Source: the human T2T-CHM13v2.0 reference genome, Homo sapiens
Reading direction: 5' to 3' (one strand)
NCBI RefSeq assembly: GCF_009914755.1
Contig: NC_060927.1
DNA length: 64,000 nucleotides
Positions 11,652 through 25,900 of this stretch are shown here, in pieces (position 1 is the first letter of the stretch; each line of letters begins with the position of its first letter). Both the position numbers and the translations under genes were made by a program. The notes below the pieces were generated by a model. That model was not told the DNA's origin and searched no databases. It worked only from the letters and a program-made list of their open reading frames with translations.

Positions 11652-14600
11652 GTCCGCGGCCCGCGTGTCCCTGCGGCTCCGGCCCAGGCGTCCGCGTGTG
11701 TCCGGGCGCGGTCGCGGCGCCGACGCGGAGAGACCGCACCCCCGTGCGGCGGGGCTGGGACCGCGGCCCGGGATCCAGCGCCGCGGCCTCCCCCGCCCCC
11801 CGGCCGGGCCCGCCGAGCCCCGCGGCAGCTCCGGGGTGGCGGGGGGCGGGCGCTGCCCCTCCACGGAGGCTGGGGAGAAAGTTTGCGGCGGCCCCGCGGG
11901 GAGGCCCCTGCGGTGTCCAGGCCCGGCCCGGCCGCTGGACCTCGGCTCAGACCTCTGGCCGCGGGCGAGGACGGGGTGGCCAGGCCCGGATAGGGATCGG
12001 AGCCTCCCAGCAGGGCCGCGGGGGCCGGAGGAGGTCGTGCAGGCTAAGCCCCCGGCCGGCCCTGGGGCGCGGGGTGGAAGTTGGAGCGGCTTCCCGACCA
12101 CAGCTGCCACCGCTCCCACTGGCCCGGAGTGCGGGGAGGTGGGCTCTGGGTGCCGCCCAGGAGGCCGCCCCGCTCGGGCCTCCTTGGCCTCCCCCTCTCG
12201 GGGCCTCTCCAGGGTCAGCCGCTTCTCCCGGAGGCTTCCGATTGCTTCCTGGATAGTCCCGGGCCTGATGTGCGGCGAAGCTGGAGGCAGCGGGCCGATC
12301 CCGGGCTGCCAGGGGAAGGGGGAGTGGGGACTCCAGGGAGGCCCCTCGGTCGGCGTGAGGTCCCAGGTGCAGCCCTGGAAAGGAGGGGAGGGGCTCCGAG
12401 GGGCGGCCCCGGGCGGCGATCTGCCCCAGGCTCCTGTGTGGGGTTCTGGGGCCACGCCCCTTGAAAGAAAGGGGTGTGTGTGCCGGGGAGGGGACGTGGT
12501 CGAGCCTCTGTCCCCTCAGCGCGGCTCCTGTGGCTCAGGCTGCTCCGTGCTGCCCCATCTCCTTTCACACGTAGCCGGTTTGGGGGTCGGTGCAGGGATG
12601 GGGCGCAGTTTCTGCTCCCCGGGCCCTTGAGGAGCTTGCCTCAGGTCCCCTCGATTTCCTGCGGCTTGGGGTGTGCGGCAGAGGCCAGGTGCTGCACCAG
12701 GGGCACCAAGATGCTGCCCGGCCCTTGAGGAGCACCCAGCCCCCTGCCAGAGGCAGGCATGTGAACCAGTGATTCGCTGCAGGGCCAGGCTTCCATTCCT
12801 GGGGGGTGCCAGTGGGGCCCAGGAAGGGCGTTTTGGGCAGAGGACAGCATGGGCGGAGGCCTGGGTTTGTGGCCTCAGTGTGTGCTCTGGGGGTGGGGGA
12901 CACATGAGGTGCCTGTGGACAAAGCAGACAGCCCTTTGCTGGACTCCTGGCCCCCCAAGGTCGTTGCCTGCCTGTTTTGAGCCCCCAGGAAAGCCCCCGT
13001 GCACAGAGCAGCTTAGAGCAGCTGGCCGGGAGGAGCGGGTGCCCCAGGGGAAGGCCTGCAAAGGTAGGCACTTTTTCTCAGGAGCAGGACTCCAAGGCCT
13101 TCAGAGCCGGATCCCCTAGGACTGGTCGGGAGCAGAACCACTGGGACCACCTCCCATGACCCCCGTTGTGGGGGAGGCGGAGTGCCAGGAGCAGCTGTCT
13201 TCCCCCCCGGCTGCTGTTGTGAGCCACTGGGCAGGATGGCAGCCCCACACCCCAACCTGCCTGAGCCATAGCAGGATCTGGCGCAGGAGGACTTGGGGGG
13301 ATTGGACTCTTCCTTGTGGGGAGGGCTTTGGGGGCCTTTGTTTCTCAGGGTGAGAAGGAGCTTTGGTGTCACTCAGGCCAGGAAAGGGAAGGGGACACTG
13401 TTGGCTTGGCGTTCCACCAGGCGGCGATCCCCTCCTGTCCAGGAGAGGAGCCCCTGGGCTGGGGCTCCTGCACGCAGACCGCGGGGTCTCTCTCCGCCTC
13501 TCTCTCCCTGGCTAGCCCCATCGGCATCCCAAGGCCAGTCTAGCCTCCCCTGCCCTGGCTCTGGCTCTGCCTCAGCCTAGAACAGCTCTGGCCATGCCGG
13601 AGAGCCACAGCCGTTCCTACTGCCCTCTGCACAGCCAGTGTTTCCCACCCCAGGCCTTTGCTCCTCCTGTTCTGCCCCCCACCCCCACCACGAATGCCCA
13701 CCCTCCTGCACCAGCTCCCAGGCTACCTGGTCCTCTCTTGAGGCCTTTCCCCGGCCACAGTGGCCAGCTCTGCTCCTCGGTAGAGTGCAGCATCTGCCCA
13801 TGCTCCCCTCCTAGCCCCGGCATGGGCCCCTGGCACCCTGGCACCTGGGCCCAGCTTTGGAATGAATGCATTTTTTCCTAGGCAGACCCAAGCCTATGAG
13901 AGTTGAGCCCTGCAGGCTGGCTGGCTGGTCCAGTCTCTGGAAGCTCGAAATTTGGGCCCTGCCCTGCTGGGACTAGTTGGGTGACCTTGAGTCTGAGCCC
14001 CAAGTCTTATACCCCTAAGGTGGAAGAAGTGGCCCAAGCATTGTCACTGGCCTTTATTAGATGCTGGGCATGAGGGACCCAGCCCTAGGCTCGGGGCTCC
14101 CCCTTTCTTGGCCGGCAACCCTGTGACCCCAGGCAAGTCCCTTCCCAGCAGACTTTGTTGGGGCAGTGGGGTGAGGGTGGAGTTTGGGGCGGTGGGCCCA
14201 GGACCAGGCTGGAGTTTGGATGGTGGCTTCTTAGCCTGGTCCCTCCTGTTGAATACAAAAAGTAGGGCCCATAATTGCATTAAGACGTGTATAATTATCC
14301 CAGAGGAGGGGAGAGCCCAGCCCCTGGTAATTGCAGGCCTGCTTTGAACTGATAAACGGTGAGTGATTCATGTTTTCTTTGGAGTTCACATGTGCTCAGC
14401 TCCCAGCCCCGGCCCCACTGCCACTGTGAGGAGCCTGTTTTCTGGCTCCCGGGTCTTCCTTGAGCTCTGAGGCGGGGGCGGGAGTGGGGACTCCTCCCCT
14501 GCTGTTCTTGGGGCGCTGTCCGGCAAAGGCAGCTGGCAGCCTGCTAGGAGCACCCTGCAGTTCCTGCTCTGGGATTCCAGCCAAAGCTCTTTGCTTCTGA

Positions 14601-14734
14601 GAGCCTCGGTTTCCCCACCTGAGCAGTGGGTGTGTGCTGTGCACACACTGGGCAGGGAGTGTGTGGGGAGTGAAACAGGAGTGAAGAAGCATGGGGGGCT
14701 GCCGCACCCAGACCTGGCTGGCCCTCCGCATACC

Positions 14735-14880
14735 CTTCATTCATTCGCTCACTCACGGGGATTTATTGAGTCTTCCTGGGTCCCTGGCTTGGCTTGGGGA
14801 TGCAGTGGCAACCACCCAGAGCCAGGCCCTGCTCTCACAGGGCAGCCATTCTGGCCGGGAGAATGGGAGCAATAAGTAAT
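14735..14880 (-). mobile_element. L2 3'-end fragment
   Basis: 'cattcattcgctcactcac...atttattgagt...gggatgcagtgg...ccctgctctca' resembles the antisense L2 terminus. Confidence 0.55.
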
Positions 14881-15034
14881 AGAGACCCTTCACGAGTCCT
14901 GTGCTGCAGATGAGAACAGGGTGACTGAGCAGGGCGGGGAGTGGAGACAGGGGCACAGAGGCCTGGGGGAGGGGCAGGCAGCCCCACACTGCATGTGGGC
15001 ACCAGGCACAGAGGCTGATGGGACTGTGCCCAGC

Positions 15035-15460
15035 TCCCTGGTAGACTTGGAGAAGGCATCCATCTTCAGGCCTCAGCTTCCCCATCTGTAAAATGGGGCA
15101 AGACCATACAAGGGGTGTCTGGGATGGTCTGTGCAAACTGGCTGGCTGAGGCTTGAACTCAAGACTCAGGACTCAGCCTTGCTGTAGCCGGCTCCAGCCA
15201 GGAGTGGGTGAGAGGCCCCAGCACATCAGGCACATCCAGGGCAGCAGGCCCTACTGACAACCAAGGGGGTGGCACTGCTGACTATGCCTTGTGGGCAGGT
15301 GTGCCCTTTCCTCTTTCATCCATGAGAAAAGAGCTTTCATGCCCCTTTTGCAAATGGGGAAACTGAGGCTAGGAAAAGGGAGTGTCCCCATCAGAGTCAT
15401 CTGCCTACAGAGTAACAGGGTCTAGATTTAGCCCAGTGCTTGGCTGCCAGTTGCTAGGCA
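15035..15460. mobile_element. MIR fragments
   Basis: 'ggcctcagcttccccatctgtaaaatgggg' at ~15069-15098 and 'ttttgcaaatggggaaactgaggct' at ~15346-15370. Confidence 0.6.
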
Positions 15461-16476
15461 GGGTGTGGTGAGACTTTTCCAGAGGCAGTGGAGGCCAGGA
15501 CAGGATATGGGGACTCCCGCCAGGATCTGGGCAGCGCTGACCTCGTGTGCAGGTCAGAAGAGTGGCCTTAGCCTCTGCATAGGGACCTGGCTGTAGGTGG
15601 TTGTGGGTGGAGGGAGCCGAGTACCCTGGCAATCCAGGAAGGAGGGGTGGGCATTTTGTGGAGTTTGGGGTGGAGTCAATGGACCTTGGTAGTGAGTGTG
15701 ACCAGGAAGTGAGGGCCCGATGTGGAGCAAGGCAGGAGGGGGCCACACAGGTCTGGGTGGGTATGGGGTGCTGAGGCTGGGAAGGGGTCACTGTGGAGGG
15801 GTGGAGTGCAGGGAGCACCTGCCAGCCTTCCCTGTGGAGGAATTCCTCTTTCCTTGGAGTTGGGTGTGAGGCTGGGAGCAGGACTGGCGGCTTGGATAGA
15901 GTGCTGAGAGTCAGGGCTGGTGGGCCAGGGAGCCTGGGAAGGGGCCGTGTGGCGGGGCACCCGTCGGCTGGGGTGGGGATGTGGGTGGGACACATTGCCT
16001 GGCTTCTGGACTGCAGGTCTCAAGGTTTATCCAGCATGGGGCTTGGGGTCCCACCGAGAGCAGCCCAGGCTGCCACCTATCCACAGTGAGAACTGCTGCC
16101 TGTGTGGCCTGGGCCTCCATGTCCTCCGTGGTGCCTCTGCTGTGGGCTGTCAGGGCGTGTTCGGGGGAGAGGCAGGGCTGTGGAGGTGGGAGTGAGCACT
16201 AAAGCCCATCTATGTCAAGCTTCTGTAGGGGACGGTGGTGGAGTATGTCCCCACCAGCCTCAGGCAGGGAGCTGGTGCCCACCCTGGGAGTACAGAGCTG
16301 TGGGGAGGGTCCTGCTCCCCAGTGCATAGGGAGGCTCTGGGTGAAGGCTGCTCTCCAGGTTGGTGTCAGATGTTGGTGTCAGCTGGGGTCCCATTCCACA
16401 CCTCAGGCCCTTGTCACCTGCCTTCCTGTTCCTGGCCTCCGCCAGTGATGGCAGGGCACAGGTGCCAACGGAGTGA

Positions 16477-18183
<1,707 letters not shown>

Positions 18184-19470
18184 TGATGCTGTCTTGTGCC
18201 TCAGAAGATGGGGTGACGAGGCCCTGCTGGCATAGTCCACAGCCCCTGTGGGACACTGGACAGAGTGCCAGCCACATGCCTGGTCCTACACCTGGTGCTT
18301 GCCTGCTCCATCTTGTCCCCATCCTACAAATGAGGTTATAGGATCAGAGAGGTGGGGTAACTTGCCCTGGGTCACACAGCAAGTGAGAGGCTGGTGCCAG
18401 AGCCTATCAGGTGAGCCCAGACACCATTTCCATGGAGCGCTTGTGTCCCCCACATGACCCTGGTGGCACCTGCCCGCTGGGCCTCTGCTTTTGCCCAGCA
18501 ATGGGAGCTGATGGTGTCCTGGTGCAGGCCACAGTTAACAACTTGCAGAGAAAGTGACCCTGACTGCAGGGAGCCACAGCCCCCAGCACCCATCAGAAGG
18601 CACAGCTGGGGTGGGGCCTCTATCTCGCTGCCTTTCAGGGAGTGTCTTGTTCACACTCCTGGGCAGGCTCAGAGGGCACGGGCCTTGCTTAGGGTGGAAA
18701 GTGAAGGGGCTGGGACTCGGCCCAGACCTGGGACCCCCGAGGCCAGGCCTTCTGGGCTTGCTGCTGGGGGTCGCTGGCCATCGCAGGGGAAGGCCTCGCC
18801 CTCTCTGGCTGTAGTCTCCCATGTCTGACCTGAGGGTGATGCTGGTTTTGTCCTCAGGGCAGAGTGGGACTGCAAGGGCCCCTCAGCCCTTCCGTCTCAC
18901 GCTCACTGCCTGTGTGAGGCAGGGCCCATGTGTGCTTGGCAGATGCGGTTGTCCACCCTCCCCTTGGCTTTTCAAGGAACGTGTTTTCTCTGCACCATAC
19001 AGATGGAGACACTGAGGCTTGTAGGGGCAGAGCCTGGGTGAAGCCCCACCACACTCTCTCTTTGTGCCCTGCCCCAAGGCTGGGGCCTGCTCTTTCATCC
19101 CTGGGGACAGTCCCCACTGCCCCCTCCCACCTGTTCATTCCATGTGGCCTAGCCCTGGCCCAGCCTCCCCTGCTCCTTCCTCCTGAGCAGCCTGGCCCCC
19201 GCCAATGAACCCTCTGCAGACAAGGACCATCTGCCCCACTTCTCCCCACATCCCTTCCCTGCCTGCCCTGCCCTCTCCTTAGGCCTGGCGGTGGAGCAGC
19301 GCCCCCTCCACACTGGCCCCCAGCTGCTCCGGAACCTCAAGCTATTGATTGCTTTCTCGTGCTCTTAGCTGGGAGCCCGCCCTCTGCCTTTCAGGTGTGA
19401 TCTGCTCCCTCCTGTCTTAAACCCTCTCTGTCTGCACCTCTCCTCTGGGGGCTACCCCCAACCTCTCTAG

Positions 19471-19941
<471 letters not shown>

Positions 19942-22900
19942 TGACTGGCCCCAGGCCCACTAAGCAAGGACACTTTGAGACCACGCAGGAGCCTGTGCAG
20001 GGGCCCAGGGATGCTGAGGCGGGGGCTGGCTCTCCAAGGGCACTTGACCTCCTGGGGAGGCTGCTGTGTGTGGGTGGTGAGGGCAGGCCTGCGCGGCCCC
20101 CTCCCCTCTGGGCCCTGCTCCCCAGCCAGGAGATCCAGTGTCTGCTGCCTCAGCACTCTGCCGGGCCAGAGGCCTTGGCCCTGCCTCTCCCCAGCCCCTC
20201 TACTGGGCCAAGGGCAGGGCAAGGGTAGTGCCCCTGCCTGTCTTTGGCTGGTGCTTGAGGAGCTCCAGCACACAGCCCTGGGCTGGCCCCACGGTGGCAG
20301 GGGGAGGGCTAGGTGCTACAGGGATGGCTGTCTGGTCTTCAGGGTTCTCCTTTCCTTCCCCAGAACAGTGGGCTGGACAGAGGCAGTGCAGAGCTTCCTG
20401 GAGGGTATGGGTGGAGGGGAGCTGCCTGGGCTGGGGTGGGCACCAGGCTGGCCTGGTGTGGAGGAAGCTCCCGGAGAGACTGAAGGGTGGGGATACTTGG
20501 ACACCCCAGAGGCCCAGTGGGCAGTGGTGGGTCCTGGGGTGCATAACCGGCACCAGAGGCTGGTGCCGATGCAGCTCCCCTGAGCCCATGTGTGCCCGCG
20601 AGTGGGGCTGGGCCGGGGGCTGGCCAGGGCTTGCAGCTCTCAGCCCGGTGCCCAGTGTTAGGAAGGGGGCCTCCCATCTCTGCCATGGTAGTTGCCCTGG
20701 GAGTGGTGGGGAGTCCTGCCCCTCCCTGGCTCTGTGATCTCTGGGAGGGGATCCCCTGCAGCCTCAGCTTCCCTCTGTGAAATAAGCCAGATGTTCAGGC
20801 TCTGGGCTGGGGGCGGGGGGTGCTGGTGGTCTTGGGGCCCGTGGGGGCCCAGCTGCTGATTGTAGGCCCCCCAGGGTGGGGGTGCCCTGGGGTCCTGCTG
20901 GTTCTGCTCATAGTGGCTATGAGGCTGAAGCTGATGGGGAAAGTCCTGTGACCCCTGAGTTGGGTCCTCTGCTGTGACTTCCCTCTTGGCCCCCATGTGG
21001 GGTACCGCCCTGTGGCTCTGGTGCGAGGCCCCTCCCGTCCTTTCAGCCTGCACTCCCTCTCCTCACACTGGAAGGCACACAGGGCTCTCGAGCGCATGGG
21101 GTGGGTGTTGGAGTGGGTTTTGCCAGACAGAGGACCGTGCTTGTGTGGAAGCCCAGTGCAGCAGCTTAGAGACATTTTGTGGGGCGCCCCAGAGCCTGTT
21201 ACCCAGCCAGTGACCAGGTTCCTCTAGCCCTACCCTGTTCCTGCTGCCCAGCACTCACCCTCTTGTGCCCCAGGGGCACCGTTTGGGTCAGAGCTTTGCT
21301 GAGGGAGCAGCAGGACACAGCTGTTCCTCTGGGTGCCAGTTGGCCTGTCTCCCCTGCCTCCTCACCCCAGTCCCACAGAGGGAAACTGAGGTACAGAACA
21401 GGGAACTGCAGAGTTGGGCTTGGGCCCATCTATGGGAAGAGGCTGCTTCTGGGTTGAGATTCTACCAACTCTTCCCCTTCTTCCTGCCCCCATTCCTTCT
21501 CCCAATTTTCCCCTTCCCACCCCTAGTCCCAAGGAGGACCGTTCTCAGGGAGGCAGGTATGGGTGGAGCCTGTCCTCTGCTCCCTGGGCCAGGTGCCTCC
21601 TTGAGCCTGGCTTTGTGGGCAGCTGCTGGATGGTGCAGCTGGGAAGGTGGAGGCTGCGTCCTCATGGCCTGACATGGCTAGTTCCTTCCTGGTGACCCTG
21701 GCCGGGCCCCCACCCCTCAGAGCCCCAAGTTCTCCTCAGAGGCTCTAGGTGCCCATACCTGCCTCCCAGCACCCAACCTGGGTACCGCCTCCCTCCACCC
21801 CCAAACAAGTCTGGGCTGGGTGCCGTGGGCCACGTGTGAGTGGCACCCTTTGGGAGCATCTGGGGTCAGCTGTGCCCAGGGGTTGCTGGCCTGGCAGAGT
21901 CTGCAGTCGGGGACTTGGGTCTGAGTTTTGTTCGGAGGCCCCCCCAGGCAAGGCACGCCTCTGCTTTGTCCCCCTGGATGCAGACACGGTCATGTTGGTG
22001 AAGAACCTGCCGCCTGTACTCTTTCACCCAAATCCACCTGCTCTCAAACTGTCCAGCAGCTGGGCATGTCCCGTGCAGGGTTTTTGAACCTCAACGTCAT
22101 GCAAATGCTGCATGTCATTGTGGGTCCCAGCCCTCTCCTTGCCCATTGTGTGGCCTTGAGCAAGCCGTCCAGCCTCTCTGAGCCTTGGTGTCTCCTCGTA
22201 CCATGCGGACCTGGCATGCTCGTGTGGCCTGGGGTGTGTGATGAGTGTTGACCATGCGCCTGCACCCTACAGAGGCCTCATAGCAGCCTGTCATCTGTTT
22301 GACAGGTGGGGAAACTGAGTGCTCAAGGCAGGTGCTCAGGGCTGCTGGCTCTTCCCTCCCTTTCTGCGGTTCCTTGGAGGAGGCTGGGCAGAGTTCTCTG
22401 CTAGCCTTGAGAGCTAGGCCCCTTCCTCAGTGACCCCCTCTCTGAGGAGCCCCTTGCCACCCACTCCCACCTGTGTTACAGTCCAAGACCCTGGCTGTCT
22501 GGCTAGCTCCTGCCCTCCGACCTGGCTGGGAGTGCTGCTGCTGTGGGTGCATTTTGGGGTGGCTGCCTGTTCCATCCGCTCTGCCTCCCTTGTTCCCTAG
22601 TTACCGTGGGACCTTCAAAGCCTAACTTCCCACCACAGGCCACATGGGCAGAGGGTGCCCTGGGTTTGGGGTGAGGGGCCAGGAGGAGGAGATCTACCCT
22701 CACTTGTTCTGGGGCCTGGGTTCGAGTCCTACTCTGCTTGCCTTGGCTCTGTTATGTCCTGCAGACTCCAGTGCGAGGCCTCTGGCCTTGCTCCACTGTG
22801 AAGGATGCTTGCTCCCCGCTGGCCACACAGGCCTCTACTTGGCCTGGCCCGGGGGCAGCAGAACTTCACTTCTCCTCGTCTCTCCTTGTCATGCTGACCC

Positions 22901-25900
22901 AACCTGTGTGTGGGGCTGGCTGTGGTCCAGGGTCCAGAGCCAGGGTAAGGAGGGCCATGCTGAGCCCGGCCCCTGGGCTGCCCTGCCTCCTTCTTGCTCT
23001 CAGGGCCTTGGGAGAGGCCGGGCCCCGGGGCTCCCTCCTGCCTGTTCACATAGGGCTTCTCCTTCCCTGAGGCAGCTGGCCTGGCTGTGCTCTCAGAGCA
23101 CAGGGCCCCGCCTCCTGCCTTCTTCACTTGGTCTCCTGGAGCTGGGCCCTGGGGACCCCCAGCCCACGCTTGACCCAGGGGCAGGCCTGCCAGGCTTACC
23201 ACTCCCTGTCTTTCCCAGGCCAGTCTTTTCCGGGCTTTAAAAAGTGTCTGGGGAGCTCCAGGGACTTGGCTGGCCCCGGGCCAGTTCCTGTCAAACTGTT
23301 GGGGTGTGAAATTGTAGCTGATTAATTTAAGACCTGCCAACTTCGGCTATGGGGCTGACTGGGGGTGCCCCTGTCCCCCCTCCTTTCACCAGAGCCCTGC
23401 CTGGCACCTGCTCTGCACCCACACAGGCAGCCTCTCCCCCTGGGGTGCCTCTCTCAGCGAACTTCCTGCGCCCTGCTCCCAGCTCCTCCCGTGGCCTCTG
23501 GGGACCCCGGGCCATGTCAGGAGCTCACAGGAGCAGCCCCTGTTTTGGGTCCTGTAGCATCAGCCCAAGTACCCCCATGGGAGGGGAGAGCACAGGCCCC
23601 GGCCTCCTGCAGAGCGGGTGCTGTCCCCCTACAGAGGAAGCTGGGGAGAGCCTTGCCCTGTGGGCCGGCTGACGGGCACCCGAGGCCAGCCCTGCTCTGG
23701 TCCTGCTGCTGCTGCGGGGCAAAAGGAGCCAGCCCCTGGCTGAGGCCCAGCCTGCCCATTCAGGGAATGTAGGCCTGACTGCCTGAGCACCCGGTTTTTC
23801 AAGATTCTGGAAACCTGTATTTTGTGTGAGATCTCTTGGTTATTAAATCCACGTTGTAAGAGAGTATAACAGGACCAACTCAAGCATCCCTTTGGCCACC
23901 AGTTTGTGGCCCAGGGACCTGCACTGTGGCCTTGAGTAGCTTAGGGAAGCCACCCACCTGGGCTCTGAGGCATGGCCCTGGTGAAGCCCCATCCTCTGGG
24001 GCCTTGGTTTCCTTCCCTGGATGTTGGGTGCATCTGGGCATACCCCAGGGAGGCTTGGGGCTTGAAGTTCCTTCTGGAGCTGACCCCGATGAGCCATCAC
24101 AGCATCTCCCTGTGGCGGTCCCTGCACAGAGGCTGCAGCTGCAGTTCCCTGTGTGCGTCCTGGCCTGGCTGGCCCCTGTCCCTGTGCTCATGGGCCCTCA
24201 GGACTCATGCTGCAGCACCTCCTGCAGCTTTCCTGGTCCCCACCATTCTTCAGCACTCCTAGGGGTTCCCAGTGGTGGAACCTGCAGCAGCTGGGTCTCT
24301 GAAGTGCTTAGGAGGCCTGTGGCATTAGTTGCCATCCCTGAGCTTCGGGAATGGTGGCCTGCGGGGCCTGGAGCTGGAGCGAAGCCTCTGGAGCCCTGCG
24401 CAGCGTGGGAGGTGTCCTCCGCCCGGCCATCTTCCTCTCTGCAGACAGCTGGGCACCTGCTGTGTGCCTGGGCTGCCTGGGGACAAGGAACACCTGCCCC
24501 CTAGAGGCCCCACTGCTCTAGAAGCTTCCAGCATGCTTTAGAGGCCTCTTTGCACTCCCCTCATACCCCCGGACCCCAGGCAGGATTTTGGAATTTGTAA
24601 GTTCTGGAAGTTGAGTGGCATCTCACAGCCCACGCAAGTGCAAGGCAGTTGGTGGCAGGTGCCCACTGTGGGGTTGGCAGCTTGAGCCTCTTCAGGTCTG
24701 TAGTGAGCCTCCCTGTCCAGGGTCTGTGCCAGGGATGTGGTAGGAGACCGTCCTGAAAGAGCTGGAGCTGGGGGGGCAAGAAGTGTGCTGGCCACAGGCA
24801 GCCCTGACCCAAGGGAGGTGCAGGGCAGGACTGAGCCCCCAGCCCCTTAGCCGTGGAGAGGCTGCTGTCCCCCACCATTGAGTTTCATCTTGTGTGTTGT
24901 TGAGGGAGGGACAAGGGGAGTTGATTTCAATGACTTGCCCTTGAAGCCTACAGTCATTCCCAGGTACAGCCTGTGCTGCACTGTTGGCGTTCTTTGGGGA
25001 CGTGCCCCTTGCACCTGCAGCATGCAGCCCACTCCCGAGCCTGCAGGAGGGTCCTGTGCCCTGCATGGTCAGCCTGTGACAGACGCCACATGGAAGTGAC
25101 ACACATGGAAGCGTGCATTGGGGGTGTGTCACGGGAGAGCATAGGCACCTACCATCCCCGGCAGCCCCTCCTGGTCCTTCCCTTCCCAGGGTGACCGCCC
25201 TGGCTGGCTCCTTTGACGCTGTGTGCTGCTATGTGGGCTCTGGGGTTGAGTCATCATCTTTTGCTTGGCAAGACTCTTCCTTACTGTGGGCAGCTGTGGT
25301 GCGTGCCATGTCCTCATGTTGCGTGTTTCAAGCACACATGCCTGTGCATCCTGCCCACTCTGGATGGCCATGGTGTTGCCAGTCCTTGCAGGCCTGTTGT
25401 AAGCATGGCTGTGTGTGGATTCCTGTGGCAGAAGGATGGATTTCTTTGGGGTTTCAGCCTGGGAGCAAGGCTGTGGAGCCTCTGTTGTTGTTCTGCCTTA
25501 ACTCTCTGGGACCACCTCTGCTGCTGCTGAAGGACTTGGTGGCGGCCTGTGGCAGTGCCCGGCAGCATGTGGGGTCAATGGGCATGAGGCAGGTGCTCTG
25601 GGGCAGGCCACCGGGTCCGTCTTTGCTGTGCCCCCACTGGTAGTCTTGGTGGGATGGGGCAGAGCCAGCTGCCTGTCATGGCTGCTCTCTGTGGGGCCTG
25701 AGTGTGTGCTGCCACTGCCCGCCCAGGCCAGCAGTCCCAGTCCCCTTCACGGGGCCCTGCACGGTAACCTGCCGACATCTGTGCTTCCTGGTGAGCGTGT
25801 GCCCGCCCCCTTTCCGCCTCTCCTGGATGTAGTTGGCCACTGTGGGCTGAGCCATGAGGATGCAGGGAGCGACCTGCTGTTTGCCCTGTGGGCATGATGA

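Larger units (their letters stand above)
10500..12500. promoter_or_regulatory. CpG island / TATA-less promoter of PLXNA1
   Basis: Very high GC and CpG density. Tandem GC boxes GCCCCGCCCCCGCCCCGCCCCC at ~11185-11206, NRF1-like GCGCATGCGC at 11219-11228, TCF/LEF-like CTTTGAA at 11114-11120, Inr-like CCATTC near 11293-11298. Confidence 0.9.
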
